From Nostoc sp. DedSLP01 (GTDB taxonomy: Bacteria > Cyanobacteriota > Cyanobacteriia > Cyanobacteriales > Nostocaceae): 64,000 nt of DNA. The translations under genes were made by a program, and so were the position numbers. Under the pieces are notes generated by a model. It was given only the letters and a program-made list of their open reading frames with translations, did not search any database and was not told the DNA's origin. Position 1 is the stretch's first letter; each line of letters starts with the position of its first letter. The DNA lies in NCBI GenBank assembly GCA_034530875.2, contig JAVRCJ020000008.1, positions 189,296 to 253,295 of the forward strand. The letters are read 5' to 3'. Below are positions 40,358-50,900 of the stretch, one piece after another.

Positions 40358-42070
40358 ATGCCAAACAACAAACCCCGTGACGTTCAGGTTTTCCCCATTG
40401 CTACAGATACAAGATTGCTGCGATCGCGCAGTTGGTCGAGGCTCAGATTTGAAATAGAATATGCTCTGGCTAAGGGGACAACTGCTAATTCTTATTTAAT
40501 TGAAAGCGATAAAAATGCTTTGATTGACCCTCCTGGGGAAACGTTTACACAAATTTATTTAGAAGCGTTGCAGCAGCGGTTTGATGTTACGAAACTAGAT
40601 TATGTAATTTTGGGACATGTCAATCCCAACCGCGCAGCAACTTTAAAAGCTTTACTAGAAATCGCGCCGCAAATTACTTTTGTTTGTTCCAATCCAGGGG
40701 CGATAAATTTACGCGGGGCGCTGGAAAATCCAGATTTGAAAATTCTGGTAATGCGGGGAGAAGAAACTCTAGATTTGGGCAATGGGCATAATTTAGAATT
40801 TATTCCCACCCCTAACCCCCGCTATGCAGACCACCTTTGCACCTACGATCCGCAAACAGAAATTCTTTACTCAGATAAGTTATTTGGGGCGCATGTTTGC
40901 GGAGACCAGGTTTTTGATGAAGGTTGGGAAATTTATAGCGAAGACCGTCGCTATTATTTTGATTGCCTGATGGCTCCTCACGCCCGTCAAGTTGAAACAG
41001 CATTGGAGAAACTTGCAGATTTACCCGTGCGGATGTACGCTACCGGACATGGTGCTTTGGTACGCTATGGCTTAATCGAACTGACCAAAGCTTATCGCCA
41101 ATGGAGCCAGGAACAAACATCTGCGGACTTGACAGTGGCTTTGATTTATGCATCAGCTTATGGGAATACAGCCACCTTAGCCCAAGCGATCGCTCGCGGG
41201 ATTACCAAAGCTGGGGTCGCGGTAGAATCGATTAACTGCGAATTCACCGACCCAGAAGATATCCGTGCTGCTGTGGAAAAATCCGCTGGCTTTATCATCG
41301 GTTCGCCTACCCTTGGCGGTCATGCACCCACACCCGTGCAAATAGCTTTAGGAATTGTCCTAACCACAGCGACGAATAATAAACTTGCTGGTGTGTTTGG
41401 TTCCTTTGGTTGGAGTGGTGAAGCGGTTGATTTAATCGAAGGCAAATTGAAAGATGCTGGCTATCGGTTTGGTTTTGATACCATCCGCGTGAAATTCAAA
41501 CCCGACGACGCTACCTTGCAATTGTGCGAACAAGCTGGTACTGACTTTGCCCAAGCATTGAAGAAAGCTAAAAAAGTGCGATCGCAAAGTGTACCCGCCA
41601 CCAGTGTCGAACAAGCAGTTGGTCGAATTGTCGGTTCGCTGTGCGTTCTCACAGCCAAACAAGACGATATATCTAGCGCCATGTTAGCTTCTTGGGTAGC
41701 TCAGGCTAGCTTTAATCCTCCTGGTTTAACCATAGCCGTTGCCAAAGACCGCGCCGTGGAAAGTTTGACACACTCAGGAAATAAATTTGTCTTGAATATC
41801 CTCAAAGAAGGCAATCATTTGGGATTGATGAAGCACTTCCTCAAACCCTTTGGCCCCGGACAAGACCGATTTGCTGGTGTCGCCGCAAAAGAAGCGGAAA
41901 ACGGTTCTCCCGTACTCAGCGATGCTTTAGCATATCTCGAATGTTCTGTACAAAACCGGATGGAATCTGGCGACCATTGGCTGGTTTATGCAACTGTCGA
42001 TAATGGCAAATTGTTAGATACTGATGGCGTCACAGCCGTGCATCATCGCAAGTCAGCAACTCATTATTAA
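40358..42070 (+). CDS. flv1: flavodiiron protein, Flv1 type (probably Flv1A)
   Basis: Non-canonical HVNPNR motif; same three-domain layout as the upstream gene. Confidence 0.88.
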   Translation: MPNNKPRDVQVFPIATDTRLLRSRSWSRLRFEIEYALAKGTTANSYLIESDKNALIDPPGETFTQIYLEALQQRFDVTKLDYVILGHVNPNRAATLKALLEIAPQITFVCSNPGAINLRGALENPDLKILVMRGEETLDLGNGHNLEFIPTPNPRYADHLCTYDPQTEILYSDKLFGAHVCGDQVFDEGWEIYSEDRRYYFDCLMAPHARQVETALEKLADLPVRMYATGHGALVRYGLIELTKAYRQWSQEQTSADLTVALIYASAYGNTATLAQAIARGITKAGVAVESINCEFTDPEDIRAAVEKSAGFIIGSPTLGGHAPTPVQIALGIVLTTATNNKLAGVFGSFGWSGEAVDLIEGKLKDAGYRFGFDTIRVKFKPDDATLQLCEQAGTDFAQALKKAKKVRSQSVPATSVEQAVGRIVGSLCVLTAKQDDISSAMLASWVAQASFNPPGLTIAVAKDRAVESLTHSGNKFVLNILKEGNHLGLMKHFLKPFGPGQDRFAGVAAKEAENGSPVLSDALAYLECSVQNRMESGDHWLVYATVDNGKLLDTDGVTAVHHRKSATHY

Positions 42071-42196
42071 TTGGGAAGTGGCAACTGGGGATTGGGTATT
42101 AGGAAATTCTTCCCCAGTTTCTAGAAGTGAAGTTTTGATATATGAGCGCTTAGAGTTTCAAGCTGAGTATTTTGAGTAAAAAGGGAATGCAGCCTT

Positions 42197-42436
42197 TCAG
42201 ATTTGCTCAAAAGCAGACAAAAAATCTTCTCTTGAGATACCCGCTTGAGTACAGATGGATCTCAACGTCGAACCTTTAATTTGAGAGTGGTTAGGCATAG
42301 TCAGCGGGGTTTTTGTACCATCTTCGTTTTCTCTTTCCATAACAATATGCTCTCGCTCCCTAATAATAGTAAATCCAAGAAATTCCAATGTCTTAACTAC
42401 TTTAGCTTTAGGTGCATCTACTGGAAATTTAACAAT
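42197..42436 (-). CDS. HicA family toxin with apparent ATT start
   Basis: (I)VKFPVDAPKAKVVKTLEFLGF...REREHIVM...MPNHSQIKGSTLRSI. Confidence 0.75.
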   Translation of the reverse strand: MVKFPVDAPKAKVVKTLEFLGFTIIREREHIVMERENEDGTKTPLTMPNHSQIKGSTLRSICTQAGISREDFLSAFEQI

Positions 42437-42660
42437 TAAATAAGAACCTCAGCTTCCGCCACAAAAGCTTCTAGCACTGGCGATTCCTCTTCTAAAACCT
42501 CTTGACCAAACGTCTCTATATGGCAGTGGATAGCAGATTTAACATCAGCTAGTGCTTCTTCATAGCTGTCACCTTCACCAACTACGACCCCCTTGATACC
42601 CAAAGGATAAGCTACGTAACCGTCATTATGTTTTTCAACAATAATTTTGATTGCTCTCAT
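42436..42660 (-). CDS. HicB family antitoxin
   Basis: VEKHNDGYVAYP...GEGDSYEEALADVKSAI. Confidence 0.88.
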   Translation of the reverse strand: MRAIKIIVEKHNDGYVAYPLGIKGVVVGEGDSYEEALADVKSAIHCHIETFGQEVLEEESPVLEAFVAEAEVLI

Positions 42661-42751
42661 TGATTTTCCCTGTCAGTATCAAAACTATATCTGGCACTCC
42701 TCCTCAAAGTAATGCTGAAATCCAAACATTTACATCAACTACAACCTTCAT
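42661..42751 (-). pseudogene. PIN toxin N-terminal remnant with nonsense mutation
   Basis: MKVVVDVNVWISALL*GGVPDIVL; ATG overlaps the stop of the upstream ORF. Confidence 0.75.
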
Positions 42752-43014
42752 GTTTCAGTCCAAAGTTCTTGCCTAACTTCCTTGAGTATTTGACTAATTT
42801 CTTCGAGAGTTGGTTGATTTGGATCTGAACCAGCCTGTGTTACTCGTTGCCTTAATGCTTTTAGTGTTAATCGGTGATTTGTTTTTTTAAATACAATCTC
42901 ATTTTCAGTAACAGACACTTCATACTCTGTACAAGGCTCAAGCTTTTCCAAAACCTTGGAAGGAATTTCTAGGTTTCTATCGGCTATGACTTTAGCAATA
43001 CTAATTGCATTCAT
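42748..43014 (-). CDS. AbrB/MazE-like putative antitoxin
   Basis: LEIPSKVLEKL...EIVFKK; PTLEEISQILKEVR. Confidence 0.6.
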   Translation of the reverse strand: MNAISIAKVIADRNLEIPSKVLEKLEPCTEYEVSVTENEIVFKKTNHRLTLKALRQRVTQAGSDPNQPTLEEISQILKEVRQELWTET

Positions 43015-43155
43015 AATCTCAATGTTCAGATAGGATGTCGGTGCGACAGGGTTGGGATAGCTTTGTCATTTCAAAAAAAGTATGCTCTCTTGTGGTTTTA
43101 TTATGCCGTTATTTTGAGATGCTTCACACAGTTACTTCATCTGTTCTGGTAGTAA

Positions 43156-43359
43156 TACAGTTTCTTTATGAGGCTGCACCAAATATTAGATTTTTTCAAC
43201 GCATAGGCACTTCTCTACGAGACGCTACGCGTAGCTTGCTTCTCCGTAGGAGTAAGCCTTCCTGCAGGGTAGGTACGCTGAGGTTAGCGCAAAGGGGCAC
43301 TGAGATTAATTCACTACATTCTAAAATAATTAGGCGCATCTTCATAGAGAATTGGTATA
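43156..43359. mobile_element. degenerate MITE-like element containing nested small repeats
   Basis: Ends tttctttatgaggctgcacc / ggcgcatcttcatagagaattggta; internal segment shared with 21132..21175. Confidence 0.55.
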
Positions 43360-43406
43360 AGTTTGAGGCTATCTACCACCATGCAATTTAGTATTCAGAA
43401 AATATT

Positions 43407-43784
43407 ATGAATACAGACTATTTAGAAGAATTTTTTCATTTAGAGGAGCGTTTGCTTCAACCAGATATCCGCAAGTCAGCCAAAGAGGTTACGGAATTAC
43501 TTGCTGACGAATTCATTGAGTTCGGAAGTTCAGGGCGTATTTTTGATAAACAGCAAATTATCAAGAGTTTGCAGAATGAACCCACCGAACCCGCGATTCA
43601 AAGATCGATAACAGAATTCAAAACGCTAGTTTTAGCCACAGGAGCTGTTTTAGTAACTTATCGTCTAATTAGACAGAAATCTGGCGAACAACCTGTTTAT
43701 TCGCTGCGAAGTTCTATTTGGAAATCTATCGGCGATCGCTGGAAAATGGTTTTTCATCAGGGCACTTTGATTAAAGAATCATAG
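43407..43784 (+). CDS. DUF4440 (NTF2-like) protein
   Basis: LLADEFIEFGSSG...RSSIW...WKMVFHQGT. Confidence 0.9.
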   Translation: MNTDYLEEFFHLEERLLQPDIRKSAKEVTELLADEFIEFGSSGRIFDKQQIIKSLQNEPTEPAIQRSITEFKTLVLATGAVLVTYRLIRQKSGEQPVYSLRSSIWKSIGDRWKMVFHQGTLIKES

Positions 43785-43879
43785 CTATGGTATAACAACC
43801 CCAATGTAACTGATTGGATAAACCTTATCTGTATCCCAAAGCGATCGTGTAGAAATTCATATTGATGAAAAGGTAGAAA

Positions 43880-44701
43880 TCACTCGCAGAGTTGGCTGTA
43901 TGAATATTGCTCAACTCGATCGATAAAATCTAGTATGAGTGATGTAAATTTTTCGGGATACCAGAGTCCCCATTCGTGTAAACCTTCTTCTACAGTAATT
44001 AATTTAGAGTTGGGAATAATTGCTGCCATTTCTTGAGCGTTATTTAATGGCGTAGTTAGGTCTTTTTCTGACCATAATAACAAACAGGGTGCTTGAATTT
44101 GTGGTAGCAGATGACTGATATCTTCGTATATAGAAATTAGCAATCCTTGAATGACATTTCCTGTATTGAATAACAAGTTATAGGAGAAAACCAAAGGAAT
44201 ATCAATTAATTTCAATCTGCGCCTTGGAAGAAACATTTGAACCGTCATTTCGATTGCCCTTCGCGGTATCATCTCCGGTATAGACGGCGTGGGAATCCCG
44301 GTACTATCTATCAAAATTACACTTTTGACTTTTTCTGGAACAAGTGTAGATAAAGTAATGGCAATACCTCCACCGAATGAGTGTCCTACTATATGAAATT
44401 GTTGTAAATCTAAAACTTCCAGAAATGAAAGGAGAATTTTACTATAGCTAACGTAATCAGGAATTAGCTTAGAGTAAGTAGATCTCCCAAAACTGGGCAA
44501 GTCAGGAGCAATGATGCTATGCTGCTGTGCTAGTAGTTTCAGTACTTCTTGATAAGGCTCAGTAGAAATTCCCCAACCGTGTAGAAATAGGATAGGGATT
44601 GAACTCGACTCCAACCAACTTTGTTGATAAAAAATAGTGCAATCTTGTAAATCAACCTGATGATTAGTTAATTGGGATTTCAAAACCACAACCTCATTCA
44701 A
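43880..44701 (-). CDS. alpha/beta hydrolase
   Basis: FLHGWG, GHSFGG. Confidence 0.9.
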   Translation of the reverse strand: MNEVVVLKSQLTNHQVDLQDCTIFYQQSWLESSSIPILFLHGWGISTEPYQEVLKLLAQQHSIIAPDLPSFGRSTYSKLIPDYVSYSKILLSFLEVLDLQQFHIVGHSFGGGIAITLSTLVPEKVKSVILIDSTGIPTPSIPEMIPRRAIEMTVQMFLPRRRLKLIDIPLVFSYNLLFNTGNVIQGLLISIYEDISHLLPQIQAPCLLLWSEKDLTTPLNNAQEMAAIIPNSKLITVEEGLHEWGLWYPEKFTSLILDFIDRVEQYSYSQLCE

Positions 44702-44942
44702 TATGACTCGATAATCACTTCAGCGTGTTATGTAACAGTAGCAAGTGCGCAGGGTTTACGAACCTTTCTCAAGGATTATATAAGTCATGTTGGGGCAAAT
44801 ATCACGAGATGGATCTATGCCGACATACCCCTGAAATACTAAATGCGAGTGCAAGAGGTCTATTTACCAACTAGTAAACCCTCTAGAAGTAGTTTGAGAT
44901 ATCAGCACTACTTTCTGGAGAAGAGGTTTTGTTACAATTCAA

Positions 44943-44980
44943 TAGAAAAGGCTCAAGTAGCAATACTTGAGCCTTTTCTA
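44943..44980 (-). terminator. perfect 17-bp stem downstream of rbp
   Basis: TAGAAAAGGCTCAAGTA-gcaa-TACTTGAGCCTTTTCTA. Confidence 0.85.
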
Positions 44981-45012
44981 GATTTAATTAAGTTACTTGC
45001 TTAATATTTGGC

Positions 45013-45321
45013 TTAGTAACGATTACGGTTGTAGCCGCCACCGCCACGGTTACCGCCACCAAAGGAACCACCCCTGTCTTCTTTGGGTTTAGCTTTGTTA
45101 ACTTTCAAGTCACGACCGAGCCATTCAGCACCATCAAGAGCTTCAATAGCGGCTGCTTCTTCAGCGTCCGAGCTCATTTCCACAAAACCAAAGCCGCGTA
45201 AACGACCTGTTTCACGGTCAGTAGGTAGCTGGACACGCTTTACAGAACCATATTCTGCAAAAACAGCACTCAGCGCTTCTTGTGTAACTTCATAGGAGAG
45301 GTTACCTACGTAAATTGACAT
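45013..45321 (-). CDS. RRM RNA-binding protein with Gly-rich tail (Rbp family)
   Basis: IYVGNL (RNP2) and RGFGFVEM (RNP1). Confidence 0.97.
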   Translation of the reverse strand: MSIYVGNLSYEVTQEALSAVFAEYGSVKRVQLPTDRETGRLRGFGFVEMSSDAEEAAAIEALDGAEWLGRDLKVNKAKPKEDRGGSFGGGNRGGGGYNRNRY

Positions 45322-45327
45322 GAAATA

Positions 45328-45429
45328 TCTCCAAAACCATAACTATGTAGAGATTTAGATTTCGGAGAGAAGTCTGTAATACCAAAAGGGAAAAGCCTGT
45401 CAATACTAAGAACAAACACTGTCGCCGAA
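45328..45429 (-). promoter_or_regulatory. conserved rbp 5'-UTR boxes
   Basis: Minus strand: TTCGGCGA (45422-29), TTTGTTCTTAGT (45405-16), TCTCCGAA (45361-68), RBS TTTGGAGA (45328-35). Confidence 0.75.
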
Positions 45430-46119
45430 TTAATTCTCATTTCACTTCCCCATGATGACATAAGACTAGGCTTTCTGGCAGAAAGTTTGAAAAATCGTTA
45501 TAAAAAGTTATGTTAATTAGCTGAGCGCTCCCTTAAGGGCTGGAAATTCTGAGTGTGGGGGGCAGGGAAGGCAAAAGATGCACGGAAAGAATAACTGCTT
45601 CAAAACGAGCTAAACGCCCTGGTAGCCTTAAGAGCATTCCCAAGCCTAAAAAATAATAATTATTTACTTTTCTTAATTCAATTGACAAACAGCTAAAACC
45701 ACAAGTAGTTTTAGTAGAATAAAAGGTGTCGTGTAAAAACATGGACAATGATTTGATAGCGCCCATCTTGAAAATATGGGAAAAAAGTTCCATATCTTCA
45801 TCGGGTCAAGCCAGTTTTCTCCTATGGGTAGATTGTAGAAAACTGAAAAATATTTATACTAAGTTTATAATTGATTAGCTGCAAGAAGATTGTCTACCTC
45901 TAGATAAGAAGTAGACTGGTGAGAATTTTTGGATTTTTATGGGAAAACAGGAATTTTCTGAATATGGGAAATTTCTGTCGCAGAGCTTATTCATTCTCGC
46001 CGTTTTCTATTAATGATATCTCTCAGAATTACTTGGGAAAACACGGCTGTTTAATCCCAAACGCTCTTCCATAGGAGAAAATTTAATGATTTTGGACATA
46101 AATTAAGCCGGACAAACAG

Positions 46120-47658
46120 GTGAAAATGGCAGATTTCGTAACCAATACCCAGCTAATTAATATACATTTAGATTCCGTTGCAAAGACTGAGATAACAATC
46201 TCTGCGGCAAGCTGCACATATACAGATGTCGAGAGTACACTTCTTGCAACCAGTAATTGTACGAAAGTTCGGAAACAAGGAAATTATTTTTTTGCCTCGC
46301 CTTGTTTGAAAAGTTTATTAATACCGTGTTTGCTAGGCATGGGACTGCTAACAGCTAGCTGCGGATCGCTACCTAAAGAATCAGCGGAGGCACAATCTCA
46401 AAGTCCTGCTGGGCGGCAGAATAGTGGCGGGGGAACGCCTGTAGATGTGGCGATCGCTCGAACAGACTTGCTGCAAACACAACCAGAATATACAGGGAAT
46501 ACAGCACCTTTTCGCATTGTTTCACTGCGATCGCAGGTTGAAGCACGGCTGTTGTCTTTGAATGTAGATGTGGGCGATACAGTTACTCAGAGGCAGAACG
46601 TCGGGCAATTAGATGAAGCTTTGCTAGTCACAGCTTTAAAGCAAGCAGAAGCCGAACTTGCAGCCCTGAAATCGGAAGTAGCAAGGGCAACTACTCAAGT
46701 AAGTAATGCCCGCGCTGACGTGGAACGAGCAAGGCTAGAAGTAGTGCAAGCTCAAGCAGATTCTCAGCGCCAGCAGAAACTATTCCAAGCCGGAGCGATC
46801 GCTCAGCAAGCTGCCGAACAAGCGCGTACCCAGGCGCAAACAGCCGCCCAGGCATTGCGAGCAGCTCGAGAGCAAGTCCGTACAGAACAGCAAGCTGTCG
46901 CCGCTGCTCAAGGGAGAGTATTGGCTCAACAAGCATTACTTGCAGAAACCAAAGAACGCAGATCTTATGCTCGGCTGACATCTCCCATCGCTGGCGTAGT
47001 CACAGAAAAAGTTACAGAACCAGGCAATCTACTGCAAGCAGGTAATGAAGTCTTAAAAATTGGCGACTTTAATCGCGTGAAAGTCGTCGTTCAAGTTTCC
47101 GAATTAGAACTGGGACAAATCCAGGTTGGACAATCTGTAAAAGTCCGCTTAGACGCTTTTCCCAACGAAACATTAATTGGCAGAGTGGCACGGATTTCTC
47201 CAGCCGCCGATCCTACAGCTCGCTTGATACCTGTAGAAGTAGTAATTCCCAATAATGATGGCAAAATTGGCAGTGGACTGCTAGCGAGAGTTAACTTTGA
47301 AAACCAAACACAACAGCGGGTTGTAGTGCCGCAAACAGCTATTCAAAAACAAGCAAGCAGTCAGAATTCCAAGAGTAGAGGTAAATCGGAAACAAATGTA
47401 GTGCAATCTTCCCCAACTAACACAGTTGGTATAGCACAGGCAAAGTTACAAGACCGAACTGGCACAATATTTGTCGTCAACAACACCCAAGGCCAAACAA
47501 AGGTAACAGCACGAGCTGTAACTTTGGGAAAAAGGGCTGATGGTAGAGTGGAAATTTTATCCGGTTTGCAAGCGGGAGAGCGCTATGTTGTTCGTAGTGG
47601 TAAGCCGTTAAAAGAAGGTGACACTGTAAGGCTTTCAATTCTTTCTGAAAAGCAATAG
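46120..47658 (+). CDS. RND efflux periplasmic adaptor (start uncertain)
   Basis: Lipobox LTASC, coiled-coil hairpin, SPIAGVV, VEILSGL. Confidence 0.92.
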   Translation: MKMADFVTNTQLINIHLDSVAKTEITISAASCTYTDVESTLLATSNCTKVRKQGNYFFASPCLKSLLIPCLLGMGLLTASCGSLPKESAEAQSQSPAGRQNSGGGTPVDVAIARTDLLQTQPEYTGNTAPFRIVSLRSQVEARLLSLNVDVGDTVTQRQNVGQLDEALLVTALKQAEAELAALKSEVARATTQVSNARADVERARLEVVQAQADSQRQQKLFQAGAIAQQAAEQARTQAQTAAQALRAAREQVRTEQQAVAAAQGRVLAQQALLAETKERRSYARLTSPIAGVVTEKVTEPGNLLQAGNEVLKIGDFNRVKVVVQVSELELGQIQVGQSVKVRLDAFPNETLIGRVARISPAADPTARLIPVEVVIPNNDGKIGSGLLARVNFENQTQQRVVVPQTAIQKQASSQNSKSRGKSETNVVQSSPTNTVGIAQAKLQDRTGTIFVVNNTQGQTKVTARAVTLGKRADGRVEILSGLQAGERYVVRSGKPLKEGDTVRLSILSEKQ

Positions 47659-47962
47659 TAGGGTGAGCATTGAAGAAGGCAGAAGGCAGGATAGCGCAGC
47701 GTTAGCGAGTCCGCGAGCGTCGGCAGAGGGCAGAAGGTTTTATTTAGAAGGGGATTCACACTCCTCCTAAATGAAGTTCGCCAAATTGAAAATTTGGTGT
47801 TCTTGTCTTAAACCCTTGCTCCAACGAGTGCAGACGGTTGGGGTACTTCCGTAAAGGGCTAAATCTATAAAAGCCTTCTGCCCTGTGCCTTTCTTTGATA
47901 ACCACCATAGCAATGAAAAAAGTCCTCAGTAGCTAGCACTCACGTACTTACCATTTAGTATC

Positions 47963-50900
47963 ATGCAACAGGCAAATAATCATGGCAATGGCGGCGGATT
48001 TAGCATTAGTGCGATCGCTATCCGCAAACACATTGGTACGCTCATGCTCACCGTAGCAGTAATTGTCATTGGGATATTTTTTCTGACAACTATCCAAGTC
48101 GATCTTCTACCGTCAATTACTTATCCTCGCATAGGCGTTCGGCTAGAAGCCCCTGGTATTTCTCCAGAAGTAGCTGTAGATGAAATCACCAGACCTTTAG
48201 AAGAAGCTTTATCGGCAACTGAGAATGTAGTGCAAGTTTTTTCCCGTACCCGCGAAGGACAGGTAAACCTGGATTTATACTTCCAACCAGGGGGGGATAT
48301 CGACCAAGCTCTAAACGATGCCACTGCTGCTTTTAACCGAGGTCGAGGACAACTGCCAGATACCATAGAAGAGCCGCGTTTATTTAAAGTCGATCCTTCG
48401 CAATTGCCAATTTATGAATTGGCACTGACATCCGAATCCTTACAAGGGAAAGATTTACGCGTATTTGCTGATGAAGATTTAACCCGCGAACTCAGCGTTG
48501 TTCCAGGAGTCGCTTCGATTGATGTATCTGGCGGTGCTGAAGAAGAAGTACGGGTGCTTGTTGACTTGAATCGATTGCAAGCTTTGGGTGTGGGCTTAAA
48601 TGATGTATTAAATGAACTAACAGCCCGTAACCAAGATACTTCAGGCGGTCGGATTTTAGGGCAAAATACAGAGCCATTGACTCGGACTGTAGGACGCTTC
48701 CAAAATGCCAGTGAAATTGAAAACCTATCTTTGGAAGTTTCCTCTTCTCCCAGCACCACTACCACTGGTACTACTACCACAGCACCTACTCGACGCGTTT
48801 ATTTGCGAGACTTTGCCGAGGTAATTGACGATACAGAAGAACAGCGAGTATTTGTTTACCTCAATCGTCAGCCTGCTGTGAAAGTTTCCATCCAAAAGCA
48901 GCCTGAAGCCAACACCATTACCGTTGTCAATGCTGTGAAGCAGCGAATCGAACAATTACGGCAATCGGGTTTAATTCCAGCAGACATGACATTGAGTCCC
49001 ACCACAGATGAATCTGTTTTTATCCGTAATTCTTTAAATGATGTCATCTTTTCCGGGATTTCCGGGGCATTGTTAGCAGCAGCAGCAGTGTTGTTATTTT
49101 TAGGCTCATTTAGGCAAACATTAATTATCAGCTTGACGATTCCGCTATGTACTTTAGCAGCGATCGCTTTGATGAAAATATTTGGCTTGACTTTGAATGT
49201 CTTTAGTTTGGCAGGGTTGACATTGGGAGTTGGTCAAGCAATTGATACATCGGTAGTGATTTTAGAAAATATTTCCGAAAAAGCAGGCATGACTCCCAAT
49301 CAGAGAGAGAGAGAAGAGCAAGGGGAGCAGGGGAGGCAGGGGAGGCAGGGTAATTCCAAATTCTTCATAGATACTGCTATCAATGCTTCTCAAGAAGTGG
49401 AGTCTGCTTTAGTTGCTGCCACGGGTGCCAACTTAGTTTCTGTAGTACCCTTCCTTTTAATTGGCGGCTTTATTGCACTGCTATTTAACGAACTAATTCT
49501 GACAATTAGCTTTGCAGTGGCAGCCTCCCTTGTTGTTGCCATTACAGTGGTACCGATGCTGTCTTCTCGACTTTTAGGAATTTCCTGGTCTAGCCGCATC
49601 AGTGAATTTTGGCTGCTGAGACAGTTTAACCATCGATTTGAAGATGCTACGCGGGGATACGGCAACTTTTTGACCAAGGTTTTGCGCTATCGGCTCCTCG
49701 TAATTATTGCTGTTTTCCTGATTTTAGGTGGCAGTAGCTTCTTGATGTTTGGTCAAATTCCCCAAGAAATTTTACCCCGCATCAGTACCGGACAAGCTAA
49801 CTTGAGAGCGCAGTTTCCTCCCGGTACGCCTTTAGCAACTTCTGAGAAAGTTATGCAAATTGTCGATGACATTTTGCTCAAACAACCAGAAACCGAGTCT
49901 GCTTTTACAACTGTCGGTGGTAATTTATTTGGCAGCAACACTACAGAAAATCCTTTACGTGCCAGCAGCACCATCAATCTAAAACCAGGCACAGATGTTG
50001 AAGCGTTCGTCAAAAAAGTAACTCAGGAATTTAACAAACTCAACTTAGCCGGAATTCTGCTGCGCCTCAATCCCGGTCAGGTGCGGGGTTTGATTCTGAG
50101 TAATTCTCCAGTGCAAGGGTCAGAAATTGACGTGATTTTGCAAGGCGAGAATGAAGAGAACTTAACCCAAGCAGGCGCACAAGTGCTGGAAGCATTGCAA
50201 GAAAGGGCAAAATTAGCGACATTTCGACCAGATGCCGACCCCCGACAACCAGAAATCCAAATTCGCCCTGACTGGGAGAGGGTTTCGGCTTTAGGGTTGA
50301 GCGCTCAAGAAATTGGTGCAACAGTCCAGACAGCAATTGAAGGTTCAGTTCCTACCCAAATTCAGCGGGGTAACCGTTTAGTTGATGTACGGGTGCAGCT
50401 AAATAAACAAGCCATTCAGCGTCCTTCCCAACTAGAGCAATTACCGCTATTTACAGAAAATAATCAACTAGTCAGGCTTTCAGACGTTGCCAACATTCAA
50501 GAAGGTCAAGCGCCTGGTGAAGTGCAACGGATTAATCAGCGCCAAGCTTTTATTGTGGCAGGCAATCTCAGCGAGGGAGCTAGTTTAGGTGAAGCCATAG
50601 CAGAAGCGAATGAAATACTAAAGGACGTAGACTTGCCTGATGGCGTTTCAATTGTGCCTAGTTCTGCTCAAGAAACTAATCAGCAACTCCAGGATGCTTT
50701 AAAAACTTTGGGAGCATTGGCAACGTTCTTAATTTTTGTAGTCATGGCGGTGCAATACAATTCGCTGATTGACCCGTTAGTAATTATGTTCACCGTACCG
50801 CTAGCCTTAGCTGGGGGAATTTTTGGACTTTACATTACCCAAACTGCAATTGGCGCAACTGTAATTGTTGGTGTAGTTTTGCTAGTGGGAATTGTGGTCA

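Noticed and set aside
43035..43391. 118-aa ORF
   Set aside because: It runs across a MITE and nested repeats and has no protein-like features.
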